DNA of 64,000 bases from an uncultured Chloroflexia bacterium. Lineage in GTDB: Bacteria; Chloroflexota; Limnocylindria; Limnocylindrales; CSP1-4. A program made the position numbers and the translations under genes. The notes under the pieces were generated by a model. The model had not been told where the DNA came from and did no database searches. It was given only the letters and a program-made list of their open reading frames with translations. Location of the stretch: the NCBI GenBank assembly GCA_963716815.1, contig CAVQUM010000012.1, positions 145,030 through 209,029 of the forward strand, given 5' to 3'. Positions within the stretch are counted from its first letter, which is position 1. Each line of letters begins with the position of its first letter. This document shows positions 11,324 through 21,787 of the stretch, one piece after another.

Positions 11324-12324
11324 TCAGCCGAAGCGCGCGCGCAGCTCCGGCAGCACCCGCTCGGCGTAGAGCGCCATGGCCCGCTCCTGGTCGTCGCCGG
11401 GGAAGTGGAAGACCAGGTGGTCGAAGCCCCACTCGAGGTACGGGCGGATCTGCTCGATGTGCTCGTCGACATCGTCGCTGCACGAGCCAGCGGCGATGGG
11501 CCACATCCTCGACCGTCGTCGCCAGCCGCTCCATCTCGCGCGGGTCCTCGACGCCCATCTTCTGCTCGCCCGACAGCGCCAGCGCGGCCCAGATCTTGGT
11601 GTCCTCCATGGCTCGTCCGCGGTCGGTGTCGAAGCTGACCTTCATCTCGATCATGCGCTCGATGGCGTCATCCGGCCGGCCGGCCTTCTCGAGCCCCTCC
11701 GCCACCGCCGGCAGCAGTGTCTCGGTGTACAGCTCGGTGACCTTGCCGCTGGTAGCGATGTAGCCCTCCGCGATGCGGCCGGCGAGGCGTGAGGCCGCCG
11801 GACCCGAACCGGCGATGTAGACCGGTACCGGCTCGTCCGGCTTGTCGTAGATGGTGGCGTTGTGGGTCGTGTAGAACTCGCCCTCGAAGCTCACGAAGTC
11901 CTCGCGGAAGAGCTGCCCGATCAGCAGCACCGACTCCTTGAGCCGGCGGAAGCGCTCCTTCTGGTCGGGCCACTCGGCGCCGACCACGACCTCGTTGAGC
12001 GACTCGCCCGTGCCCACGCCGAGGATGACGCGCCCCGGTGCCAGGCAGCCGAGCGTGGCGAAGGCCTGGGCCACGACCGCGGGGTTGTAGCGCAGGGTGG
12101 GCGTGAGCACGCTGGTGCCCAGGACCACGCGCTCGGTGGAGGCTGCCGCGGCACCCAGCCAGGCCAGCGCGTTCGGGCGCGTGACCGTCGGTGTGGCGCC
12201 AGGGCTGGTAGTGATCGCTGGTCCAGACCGAGTCGTAGCCCAGGCGATCGGCCGTGACCGCGAAGTCGAGGAGTTGGCGCGGGCCGAACTGTTCGGCGGA
12301 GGCCTTGTAGCCGAGTCGAAGCAT
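11324..12324 (-). CDS. fgd: F420-dependent glucose-6-phosphate dehydrogenase (LLM class; frameshifts ~12180 and ~11480)
   Basis: [46 protein letters not shown] and GTGESLNE. Confidence 0.85.
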
Positions 12325-12437
12325 CGTGTCCTTTCTGAAGGGCATCGACGGCCGCCGGGTTCGCGACCGCAGGAACCTGAATCATGCGTCCGAACGGCGT
12401 TCCTGTCGACCGCTCCAGCCGCTAGCATCGGGCCACC

Positions 12438-13427
12438 ATGTCCCACGCGCGACCCGAAGCGCCGCCGCCCTCCCGACCAGGCCCCAATCCGCGCGCACCC
12501 GACCAGGCCCCCGGTTTCCTCTTGCGGGCGCAGGCGTGGCTCTACGGCTGGCTCTCCAACGAGTCGCGCTTCGTGCTGGGGATGGTCATCGTCGTCCTGG
12601 CGCTGCTGATCGCCATCATCCTCTCTTCGACCCGCCTGCTGCGCATCATCTTCGACGGGCTCGACGTCGTGGCTCTCGTCGGCGTCTTCCTTGTCAACTG
12701 GCTGGGCAACGGCGGTGCCTTGGTGCCCATCCCGGGGTCGCGCTTCGTCGGCCTGCTGCTGGTGTTCCAGCAGGCGGTCATCCTGCCGTCGTGGGAGGTC
12801 TTCGCGGTGGCCGGCGCAGCCATGGCGCTGGGGTTGTCCAGCTATTACATCGCGGGCGCACGCACGGCGGCCTCGTACGCCGAGGGCGACACCGAGGGTG
12901 CCGAGCAGTTGGCACAAGACACTGGCATGCTCGACGAGGACGCGGTCGACTTCTCGCCGGGCGCCGATCTCGATGCCGCCGCCGTGGCGGCGATGGCGGG
13001 GGTCGATCCGCCGCCCGCCGATCCCGCCGACCACCGGCCCGCGCCCGATCGGAGCGGGACGGCTACGCGCTTGCGCCGGCGCTTCACGACCTCGCTGAAG
13101 CGAGCACAGGAGCGCGCTCAGCCGGTCATCGAGCAACGCGGCGTGGCGGGCATGTTCCTGCTCTGCTTCGCGCCCACGCCGATGGGCACCGCTGCAGCCT
13201 ACGTCGGTGGCCTGATCCACTTCAGCTTCCGCCGCTACCTGCTGGCCTCCTTCGCGGCCAAGTACCTGCTGACCGGCATCATCGTCGTGCTCGCGCTCGT
13301 CTTCACCGATGCCGCACGCGCGGTGCAGATCCCCGAGATCGAGCTGCCCATCGTGGGCATCACCCTCTTCGATGACGGGTTGCCCGAGCTGCCGCCGCGC
13401 GCACCCTCGCCCTCGCCCTCGCCCTAG
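12438..13427 (+). CDS. Membrane protein, VTT/DedA-like with acidic insertion
   Basis: LVNWLGNGGALVPIPG and FLLCFAPTP...AAYVGG...F.RY..AS..AK resemble VTT halves, separated by a D/E/A-rich stretch. Confidence 0.55.
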   Translation: MSHARPEAPPPSRPGPNPRAPDQAPGFLLRAQAWLYGWLSNESRFVLGMVIVVLALLIAIILSSTRLLRIIFDGLDVVALVGVFLVNWLGNGGALVPIPGSRFVGLLLVFQQAVILPSWEVFAVAGAAMALGLSSYYIAGARTAASYAEGDTEGAEQLAQDTGMLDEDAVDFSPGADLDAAAVAAMAGVDPPPADPADHRPAPDRSGTATRLRRRFTTSLKRAQERAQPVIEQRGVAGMFLLCFAPTPMGTAAAYVGGLIHFSFRRYLLASFAAKYLLTGIIVVLALVFTDAARAVQIPEIELPIVGITLFDDGLPELPPRAPSPSPSP

Positions 13428-13438
13428 GCCCCGCTCGA

Positions 13439-14227
13439 CTAGGACTCGTCCGCAGCGGCCTCCCCCGCGACGGCGAGGGGCTCGCCCAGCTCGTGGTATG
13501 GGTCGCGCATCTTCAGTGGCGAGGAGTGCTTGGACGATCGGCGGATGTTGAGGATCTCCACGAAGACCGCGAAGCCCATGGCCGCGTAGACGTAGCCCTT
13601 GTCGATATGCTGGCCCAGGCCGTCAGCCACGAGCGTGAAGCCGATGAGTAGCAGGAAGGCCAGGGCCAGCATCTTCAGCGTCGGGTGCTCGTCGATGACG
13701 CGCGTGATGTAGCCGCTGGCCACCAGCATCACCACGACCGAGATGACGACTGCGGCGATCATCACCGCGACCTCGTCGACCATGCCTACAGCGGTGATGA
13801 CCGAGTCCAGGCTGAAGATGATGTCGAGCACCATGATCTGCACGATCACACTCCAGAAGGACGTGACTTTGCCTGTGTCGCGGACGTGGTCGCCGCCCTC
13901 CATGCGGCCGTGGATCTCCCACGTGGCCTTGGCGATGAGGAAGGCACCACCGCCGACGAGGATGAGGTCGCGACCGCTGAACTCGTGGCCGAGGACGGTG
14001 AAGAGCGGTTCGGTCAGCGTCACCACCCAGCTGATGCCCAGCAGCAGCAGGATGCGCATGCCCATGGCCGCGACGATGCCCACGCGCCGCGCGTTGTCGC
14101 GCTGCTCCTCGGGCAGCTTGTTGGCGAGGATGGAGATGAAGACGATGTTGTCGATGCCGAGGACGATCTCGAGCGCCGTCAGCGTCAGCAGCGCGATCCA
14201 GACCTCCGGGTTCGTCAGCAGCTCCAT
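13439..14227 (-). CDS. TerC family membrane protein
   Basis: LTLTALEIVLGIDNI, QIMVLDIIFSLDSVITAVG and HPTLKMLAL.FL.LIG. Confidence 0.93.
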   Translation of the reverse strand: MELLTNPEVWIALLTLTALEIVLGIDNIVFISILANKLPEEQRDNARRVGIVAAMGMRILLLLGISWVVTLTEPLFTVLGHEFSGRDLILVGGGAFLIAKATWEIHGRMEGGDHVRDTGKVTSFWSVIVQIMVLDIIFSLDSVITAVGMVDEVAVMIAAVVISVVVMLVASGYITRVIDEHPTLKMLALAFLLLIGFTLVADGLGQHIDKGYVYAAMGFAVFVEILNIRRSSKHSSPLKMRDPYHELGEPLAVAGEAAADES

Positions 14228-14458
14228 CAGTCCTCCTCGTGGCCGTCCGGTGTCCGCTGCAGACTAGCGGGCGCCGCCGTCGCTCCGCCGGCCGCCCCGG
14301 GCATGGGGCACCGCCGCCGTTCGTCGGCACGATCCCTTGGGGGCGCTGCCGCTCGTCGACGCTATTCCCTCAGGTGGGATATCGGTCAGTTCTGCCCTCC
14401 CTCGCCCAGTCAGATTGAGGCATATTCCATGCCCTCCAAGGGAATGGCGGGCTCCCGA

Positions 14459-14556
14459 GGGATAGCGAGCCTCCGTGGGATAGCGAGCCTCCGTGGGATA
14501 GCGAGCCTCCGTGGGATAGCGAGCCTCCGTGGGATAGCGAGCCTCCGTGGGATAGC
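14459..14556 (+). repeat. 18-bp tandem repeat GGGATAGCGAGCCTCCGT x5 plus 8-bp partial
   Basis: Read directly: perfect units with no spacers. Confidence 0.97.
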
Positions 14557-14604
14557 TGGCCACCGGGCCCCGGACAGCGGGACCTCGAGACGTCGGGGCC
14601 GCCC

Positions 14605-14700
14605 GCGACGAGCCCATCCCGCAACGAGCCTACCCCGCAACGAGAGCACCCTGCGACGAGGGCACCCTGCGACGAGGGCACCCTGCGACGAGGGCACCCT
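14605..14700 (+). repeat. 16-bp tandem repeat GCGACGAGGGCACCCT x6 (three perfect, three degenerate at the 5' side)
   Basis: Units start at 14605, 14621, 14637, 14653, 14669 and 14685. Confidence 0.93.
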
Positions 14701-14822
14701 GCGATCGAGTCGGCCCGGGACCGGTATGCCTCCGGGGGCCTGGAATATGCCTCAATTTGACTGGGCGGCAGGGGGTGGGTCCCCGTGACATGCGAGCTGG
14801 GGGCATAGAACCCAGCCAAGGG

Positions 14823-14892
14823 GCGAACGCAGCCGGGCCGCGAACCAGGCCGCGAACGCAGCCCGCCCGCGAACCACGCCGCGAACCCGGCC
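14823..14892 (+). repeat. 29-bp tandem duplication x2.4 built of GCGAAC subunits
   Basis: 14823-14851 and 14852-14880 are identical at 26/29 positions, followed by a partial third copy. Confidence 0.8.
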
Positions 14893-14937
14893 GACATCCC
14901 AGAGGCAGCCGTCGACAACGGCTACGATGGACGCTCG

Positions 14938-16729
14938 ATGACCGACAGCCCGCAGAACCCGCCCGCGCCCCCGAGCCGCCACGCCCATCCCGAGGAGCTG
15001 CTGGCCCTCATCCGGCGTAGCGTCATCGGTGACGACGAGGCCTTCGATGGCCCCTTCGGCATCCGCCGACTGACATACGCGGACTACACCGCCTCAGGCC
15101 GCAACCTCGGCTTCATCGAGGACTACATCCGCGAGCAGGTCATGCCGCTCTATGCCAACACGCACACCGAATCGAGCGGCACCGGTCTGCAGACGACGCG
15201 CTTCCGCGAGGATGCGCGCGACATCATCCGCGACGCCTGTGGTGCCGAACGAGACGAGTACGCCGTCATCTTCTGCGGCTCCGGCTCCACGGCCGCGGTG
15301 GACAAGCTCATCGCGGTCCTCAACCTGCGCATCCCGGCCGACCTCGACGCACGCTACGGCCTCTCCGCACACATCCCTGCAGATGAACGCCCGGTCGTCT
15401 TCATCGGCCCCTACGAACACCACTCCAACGAGCTGCCCTGGCGCGAATCGATCGCCGACGTGGTGACCATCCATGAAGACGCCGACGGCCGCATCGACCT
15501 GGACCACCTCGAGGCAGAGCTGGAGGCCTATGTCGGCCGGCCGCTGCTGATCGGCTCGTTCAGCGCCGCCAGCAACGTGACGGGCATCAAGTCGGACACG
15601 CGCGGCATCTCCGTGCTGCTCCACCGGCACGACGCGCTTGCGTTCTGGGATTACGGCGCGGCCGCGCCCTACCAGCCACTCGATGTGGCGCCGCGGCGGC
15701 CCAAAGATGACGGCGACACGACCGACGCACCCTTCGACTACAAGGACGCGCTCTTCATCAGCCCACACAAGTTCATCGGCGGACCCGGCACGCCCGGCGT
15801 CCTGGTGGTCCGTCGCGCGCTGCTGACCAACTCCGTGCCGGCCGTGCCCGGCGGCGGCACCGTGGCCTACGTCAACGCCGAGGAGCACGTCTACCTCGAC
15901 GATCCCGAGCACCGCGAGGAGGGCGGCACCCCCGCCATCATCGAGTCCATCCGCGCCGGCCTCGTCTTTGGGCTGAAGGACGCGGTCGGGGCAGAGGCCA
16001 TCCGCGACCGAGGAGGAGCTACTTCATCGAGCGCGCGCTCGCCCGCTGGAGCGACGTACCCGGCCTGGACGTGCTCGGCAGCAGGGAGTGCCCGCGCCTC
16101 TCGATCGTCAGCTTCGTCGTCCGCCACGGGCAACGCTACCTGCACCACAACTACGTGGTGGCCCTGCTCAACGACCTCTTCGGCATCCAGTCACGCGGCG
16201 GCTGCTCGTGTGCCGGCCCCTACGGCCACCGACTGCTGGGTATCGACGTCGAGACCAGCCACGAGTTCGAGCGCGAGATCACCCGCGGCTGCGAGGGCAT
16301 CAAGCCCGGCTGGGTGCGCGTCAACTTCAACTACTTCATCGACGAGACCGTCTTCGACTACATCCTGACCGCGGTCGAGATCGATCGCCCGGGACGGCTG
16401 GCGCCTGCTGCCGCACTATCGGCACGACCCGGCCACCGGCTCTGTGGCACCACGTCGGCCGGACGGCGGAGGCGCCCCTGTCGTTGCGGGATATCCGCTA
16501 CACCGCGGCGGGCATGACCTACGTCCAGCACCGCCGCCAGGAGCCCGAGACCGCGTTCGCCGACTACCTCGCCGAGGCTCGCGCCCTGATGGCGGACCCA
16601 CCCATCCCGGCCGAAACGCCGCAAGCCGCCACCGACCTGGAGGTCGGCGGCGACTTCGAGGGTCTGCGTTGGTACCTGCTCCCGGACGAAGCCGACCGGG
16701 AACTGGTCGAACTGGCCACCCGGCCCTAG
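14938..16729 (+). CDS. Class V PLP aminotransferase / cysteine-desulfurase-like enzyme (frameshifts ~16010 and ~16400)
   Basis: YADYTASGR, YANTHTE, FSAASNVTG, PLP lysine motif ISPHKF.GG, EEGGTP and the cysteine motif SRGGCSCAGPYGH. Confidence 0.87.
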
Positions 16730-17833
16730 CGAACAGCCGAGCCGGGGAGCGCCGTCAGGTCGATCTCGCACAGGCGGACGGTGTCGATCGCGTCGGCCTC
16801 GCACGCGTCAGTCCCTGGGCCGCCCTGCACGACGTCGCTCTCGCCGTCCACGCCCGCGAGCGTGTCGTCACCGCCGATGCCGAACATGCGGTCCCGACCG
16901 CTACCGCCCACGAGCAGGTCGTCGCCTGGACCGCCGCGGACGATGTCGGGGTGCGGCCCGCCGTAGAGCGTGTCGTACCCGCTGTTGCCCTTGAGCGTGT
17001 CCTTGCCGCGCCCGCCGTAGAGCCGGTCGGCGCCACGGCCGCCCAGCAGCCGGTCGGCGCCGTTCTCACCCAACAGCGTGTCCGGCCCATCGCCGCCGAA
17101 GAGGAAGTCGGCATGCATGCCGCCGGCCATGGTGTCCCGTCCGCTGCCGCCGACCAGTCGGTCGTCGTCCGGTCCGCCGACGAGGACGTCGTCGCCCGGT
17201 CCGCCGAAGAGGGCATCGAAGCCCTCCGCGCCGACCACGCGGTCATTGCCGCCGCCGCCCTCGAGGCGATCGCCATCAGGGCCGCCGAAGAGGCGGTCGG
17301 CACCTTCGCCACCGAAGAGCCGGTCACGCCCTCCGCCGCCGCGGACGACGTCGGATCCATCACTGCCCACGAGCACGTCGTGGCCGGCCCCGCCGAGCAG
17401 TCTGTCGTCGCCGTCACCCGCACCCACACGGTCATCGCCGTCGCCGCCGCGGATGATGTCGTCGCCGTCGCCGCCGTAGACGACGTCCGCTCCGGTGCCG
17501 CTGAGCAGCCGGTCGTCACCGAGCGAGCCGCTGATGATGTCGTCGCCGTCGCCGCCAAGGACGAGGTCGTCCCCCTTGCCGGCCCGCAGGATGTCGTCGC
17601 CGTCGCCGCCGATGAGCGTGTCGTTTCCGCCGCCGCCGACGATGAGGTCGTCCCCGCCCAGACCGCAGATGACCTCGCCTGCGGGCGTGCCGGTGAGGCG
17701 GTCGTCGCCATTCGTGCCACTGATGTCACACGCCGGTGCTGCGGCCGCCGGAACGATGGCAGCGAGCGCGAGCGTGGTGGTGCCGAGCACGGTCAGCAAG
17801 ACGGTGCGGGGCACGGAGATCACTTCGATACAT
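16726..17833 (-). CDS. Secreted calcium-binding protein with RTX/hemolysin-type GGxGxD repeats
   Basis: Signal peptide ending AAAAP followed by many GGxGxDxL nonapeptides. The AGGAGG-ATG at 17833 is out of frame by an indel; the alternative start is GTG 17814. Confidence 0.85.
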
Positions 17834-17977
17834 GTCGCCTCCTTCTCTGTATTAGAGGCCTCCTGCGCCTTGGTTCGTTCCGAGTTCACCACCGTGGGCC
17901 GCCCGCGTCGATGGACCAATGGCCCTTCCTTGCCCGTTCGGCGACGGCTGGAGCGCAAGGTCCCAGCCGGCCAGAGC

Positions 17978-18436
17978 TCAGCGGAGCGGGATGTACAACT
18001 CCGTCTTCAGCTCGGACTCGGCCACCTCCTGGGGGTCGTCGATGTAGACCTCCCAAGTGGGGCCTGCGGGCGCTCGGCCTTGCTCGGTCACCCAGGCCAT
18101 CAGTGCCTCCCACGTCCGGCCGATCTGGTCGTACGGGCCCGTGTGCAGCGTGAAGGCTGCCTCACCGCCACCGACCGTACTGGCCTGCACCTCGTTGGTG
18201 CCCGTGAAGGGATCCGGCACCGGGATGGCGCACTCGAAGGTCGTGGCCTCCTCATCGAAGTCGAAGTAGCGCGCGAGCGGCATGCCCGCCGGCTGCACGC
18301 CCGACGAGACGACCGCATGGTAGATCTTGGGGAAGGCCTCGCCCATGGCGGGCCCGATCTGGCTGATCGCACGGGTCATCCTGATGGCGGCCGTGTGCTG
18401 CTCGGTCGTCTGTCGGATCTGGAAGTCGCTCATCAC
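17978..18436 (-). CDS. GyrI-like small-molecule-binding domain protein
   Basis: HTGPYDQIG..WEAL..W and TWEVYIDDP. Confidence 0.88.
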   Translation of the reverse strand: MMSDFQIRQTTEQHTAAIRMTRAISQIGPAMGEAFPKIYHAVVSSGVQPAGMPLARYFDFDEEATTFECAIPVPDPFTGTNEVQASTVGGGEAAFTLHTGPYDQIGRTWEALMAWVTEQGRAPAGPTWEVYIDDPQEVAESELKTELYIPLR

Positions 18437-18895
18437 TCCTCCTCGACGGGCCAGTAGACCTCGGTCCGCAACTGCTCAGGCTCGGTCGTGTCGGGATCGT
18501 TCAGGTACGACTCCCACATGACGGTCGACGGCTTCAGCCCCTGGGCCTCGAGCCAGGCCTGCATCTGCCCGTACGTCTCCCCGAGCTTGCCGTAGGGCCC
18601 GATGTGCATGCCCACGGCCGCCTTCCCACCGCCGATCTCGCCGGCGACGACGTCTCCCTCGCCACCGAACGGCTCTGCCACCGGCAGACCAGCCTCGTAG
18701 GTGATGCTGTCCTCGGCGTAGGCCGTGTACTTGCACATGGGCGGGCCCGCCGCGGCCACGCCGGCCTCGCCGAGCCTGGCGAAGACCTTGGCAAAGGCCT
18801 CACCCATGGTCTCGCTCGATCCTGTCAGCGGACGTCGTGACCGCTACCACGGCGGTGTGCTGCACTGGCACGGAACGGAATTCGAACTCGGACAT
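18433..18895 (-). CDS. GyrI-like domain protein (frameshift ~18815)
   Basis: AGGAGG plus ATG 18895 (MSEFEFRSVPVQHTAVV) joins MGEAFAKV...HIGPYGKLGETY...WESYLNDP. Confidence 0.85.
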
Positions 18896-18949
18896 GCTGC
18901 CTCCTTGCAGGAAGATGCGAGTGGGCTTTCGACTCGAGGCGTCGCGGGC

Positions 18950-19822
18950 TCACTCGAACACCCGTGGACTGCCTGCCTGTGCCTTGACCGGGAAGGAGAT
19001 GTCGACCTGGTTGAGGTAGGTCTCCTGGTCGATCGAACCAGTGCGGTACCACTCGATCGACGCGCCGTAGACGATCATCTCGGGGTGGGCCATCAGCCGC
19101 GCGCTGATGAGTCCGTAGGCGTAGCCGATGCGACTGAACGGGCCGACGTAGGTCGTGAAGGCGTAGGTGCCGCCTGCGACCGTCTGCTGGCCCAGGCCAC
19201 ACTCAGGCGGCAGGTCACGATCGATGGTCCAGCCGGCGTCGAAGCGCAGGCGTTCTGGCGGCGTGATGTGCGGCGGGTCCTGGGCGATCCCCAGGGGCAG
19301 GCCGTCGGTGGAGCAGCCGAGCTCGGCGAGGCGGTCTCGGACGCGTCCCCAGAGGCTGCCGTCAACCTCGTCGTAGGGACCAGTGTGGCGCAGGAACGCG
19401 ACCTCGATGGGGCGCAGATCGGTCACCCGCGTGGAGGAGATGCGGGCACCCTCGATCTCCTCGGAGAGGCCCGGATGGCGCGCGTTATGCCCCAGGCCAC
19501 CGGCAGCCTGACGCGCGCGCCACGCGCTCGGCGACACGCCGAAGTGGCGGCCGAACGCACGGCTGAAGACCTCGTGAGAGACGTAGCCGTTGTCGAGCGC
19601 GACCTCGAGGATCGTGCCCTGCCGCACCATCAACTGGGATGCGGCCCGCTCGAGGCGCAGCCGCTCCACGTGGCGTCTGGGCGTCTCGCCCGTGGCTTCG
19701 ACGAGGCGACGGTGAAGGGTCGACTCGGACATCCCCGCCTGCCGCGCGAGAGCGGCTGTGCTGAGGTCCGAGTCGAGCCCGGCCTGGATGTGGACCAGTA
19801 CCGGCAGCAGGTCGGCGTCCAT
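18950..19822 (-). CDS. AraC-family regulator with C-terminal GyrI-like effector domain
   Basis: Double HTH (LARQAGMSESTLHR; ALDNGY.SHEVFSRAF..HFG.SP) followed by HTGPY...RFDAG...IEWY. Confidence 0.9.
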   Translation of the reverse strand: MDADLLPVLVHIQAGLDSDLSTAALARQAGMSESTLHRRLVEATGETPRRHVERLRLERAASQLMVRQGTILEVALDNGYVSHEVFSRAFGRHFGVSPSAWRARQAAGGLGHNARHPGLSEEIEGARISSTRVTDLRPIEVAFLRHTGPYDEVDGSLWGRVRDRLAELGCSTDGLPLGIAQDPPHITPPERLRFDAGWTIDRDLPPECGLGQQTVAGGTYAFTTYVGPFSRIGYAYGLISARLMAHPEMIVYGASIEWYRTGSIDQETYLNQVDISFPVKAQAGSPRVFE

Positions 19823-19925
19823 GGCCCGCAGCATGGCGGACACCGGTTCCGGTGTCTTGACAATTCCTGTCGTGTGGACTGCCCGCACAACAGGCTGCGC
19901 CGCAATCGGTCAGGCTGGTGGTGCC

Positions 19926-20627
19926 ATGACCAAGCAGTTCAAGCAGATGACCGCGGCGGAGGCACGGACCGCCTTCTACGTCGACTTCGAGGGTGGCGCG
20001 GACGCGCCGCCGGTGCTGCTGGGCATCCTGCGCAAGCACATCCAGCAGTACGTGGTCGACCCCGCCTTCCGGCCGCTCGGTCCCGCCTACCTCGAGCTGC
20101 GCCAGGCCGTGGCCACGGTGGTCACACGGGCAGAGAAGCAGGACCGGCGCATCGTCTCGTGGAGCGAACATGACCTTGAGATCGTGCGCAGCCTGACGGC
20201 CGAGCCCGGGCTCATCCGCCGTTTCGAAGCTCGCTATGCCAACGGCCGTGCCCTCGTTGCCCGCTGGGCCTCGCGCGGTCCCGGCATCGAGAAGCCCGAC
20301 ACGGGTGATCTGGAGCTCTACCTCGAGCTGATCGGCTTCGACGTGCCCGCGGCGGCCGGGCCGGGGCACGTCGGCGAGACGATCCGCAGCCTGCGACCCA
20401 GCCTCGACGCCGGACGCGGGCCGAACGAGTCACAGCTCGGGCGCTGGGCTGACCTGCTCGAGCACAACCGCTACGACTGCGAAGGGACGCGCGCGGTCTG
20501 CGTGCGGGCTGCGACCGACCTCGAGCGTATCGACGAGCGCATGCGGAAGGCGCGCAAGGGCCGCAAGGCGCGCAAGGGCCGCGACGCGCAGAAGGGCCCA
20601 AAGACCGGCGGCCCGGCCGGCGCGTAG
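19926..20627 (+). CDS. Hypothetical protein, possible RNase H-like/DEDD exonuclease fold with basic tail
   Basis: FYVDFEG (DxE) near the N-terminus, LLEHNRYDC (HNxxD) near the C-terminus, and a KARKGR-repeat tail. Confidence 0.5.
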   Translation: MTKQFKQMTAAEARTAFYVDFEGGADAPPVLLGILRKHIQQYVVDPAFRPLGPAYLELRQAVATVVTRAEKQDRRIVSWSEHDLEIVRSLTAEPGLIRRFEARYANGRALVARWASRGPGIEKPDTGDLELYLELIGFDVPAAAGPGHVGETIRSLRPSLDAGRGPNESQLGRWADLLEHNRYDCEGTRAVCVRAATDLERIDERMRKARKGRKARKGRDAQKGPKTGGPAGA

Positions 20628-20695
20628 CGGCGCTGCGGGACCGACCGTCACCGGCCCGACCCACTCCCCGCCCGGGCCCACTCCCCGCCCCGCGA

Positions 20696-21694
20696 CTACG
20701 CCCCGCCGACCTCGTGGACCGGCGCGCCGGTCTCCTCGAAGGCGGTGAGGTTGGCCATCGTGGCCTCGGCGATGTTCGCCAGTGCCTCGGCGGTGAAGAA
20801 GGCCTGGTGCGCGGTGATGAGCACGTTCGGGAACGTCAGCAGGCGGGCGAAGGTGTCGTCCTGGATGATCGAGGCGCTCTGGTCCTCGAAGAACCCGATG
20901 GCGTCCTCCTCTTCGTAGACGTCGAGCCCGAGGGCGCCCAAACGCCCGTCCTTGAGCGCGTCGATGGCGGCCTCGGTGTCGATGAGCCCGCCGCGGCTGG
21001 TGTTCACGATGAGCACGCCCGGCTTGACCCGCGACAGCGTGTCGGCGTTGACGATGTGGTGCGTCTCGGACGTGAGGGGAGCGTGGAGGGCGATGATGTC
21101 CGACTCAGCGAAGAGCTCGGGCAGGTCCACGTACTTGGCAGTGAGCGCCATCATGTCGTCGTTGGGGTAGGGGTCGTAGGCCATCAGCCGGCAGCCGAAG
21201 CCCTTCATGATGGTGGCGAAGACGGTGCCGATGCGGCCGGTCCCGACCACGCCCACGCAGCGATCGTGCAGGTCGTAGCCGAGCAGGCCGTCGAGAGCGA
21301 AGTTGCCGTCGCGGACACGGTTGAAGGCCCGGGGGGTGTGCCGGACCAGGCTGAGGATGAGCGCGACCGCGTGCTCGGCCACTGCATAGGGTGAGTAGGC
21401 CGGGACGCGGCAGACACGGATGCCGAGCTCCCCGGCAACCTCGAGGTCCACGTTGTTGAAGCCTGCGGCGCGCAGGGCGACGAGCCGTGTCCCGCCATCG
21501 GCGAGGACGCGCAAGACATCGCCGCTGACCTCGTCGTGGACGAAGACGCAGACCGCGTCGTGGTCGGCGGCCAATGGCGCGTGGTCACAGTTGAGCCTGG
21601 CTTCGAAGAAGTCGAGCTGGTGGGGAGAGCCCGCGGCGGCGGCACCGAGGTATCGCTCGTCGTAGGGCTTGGAGGAGAAGACGGCGACTCGCAT
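20696..21694 (-). CDS. ldhA: D-lactate dehydrogenase / 2-hydroxyacid dehydrogenase
   Basis: ALRAAGFNNVD, RVPAYSPYAVAEH, GVVGTGRIG, NTSRG, LGLDVYEEE and TAHQAFFT. Confidence 0.92.
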   Translation of the reverse strand: MRVAVFSSKPYDERYLGAAAAGSPHQLDFFEARLNCDHAPLAADHDAVCVFVHDEVSGDVLRVLADGGTRLVALRAAGFNNVDLEVAGELGIRVCRVPAYSPYAVAEHAVALILSLVRHTPRAFNRVRDGNFALDGLLGYDLHDRCVGVVGTGRIGTVFATIMKGFGCRLMAYDPYPNDDMMALTAKYVDLPELFAESDIIALHAPLTSETHHIVNADTLSRVKPGVLIVNTSRGGLIDTEAAIDALKDGRLGALGLDVYEEEDAIGFFEDQSASIIQDDTFARLLTFPNVLITAHQAFFTAEALANIAEATMANLTAFEETGAPVHEVGGA

Positions 21695-21787
21695 GGTCCG
21701 AGAGTAGCTGACGGAGGCAGACGCACCGAAAGGGCCGGGATGTGCTCCCGGCCCGTCCGTGTGCTAGTGCGCCCGGAGGCGCCGCCT

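Larger units (their letters stand above)
14363..14807. mobile_element. Inverted doublet of ~84-bp modules enclosing tandem repeats (element A; REPIN/MITE-like, non-coding)
   Basis: GCCCAGTCAGATTGAGGCATATTCCA (14404-14429) matches the reverse complement of 14741-14766 at 25/26 positions. Arms 14363-14446 and 14725-14807 share their architecture with the arms at 23307 and 24031. Confidence 0.7.

Noticed and set aside
14459-14700. CRISPR array
   Set aside because: The repeats are head-to-tail with no unique spacers, units are 16-18 bp, and there are no cas genes in the window.
16726-17833. RTX toxin or T1SS substrate system
   Set aside because: Only Ca-binding nonapeptides and a Sec-type signal are present; there is no toxin domain or adjacent T1SS transporter.
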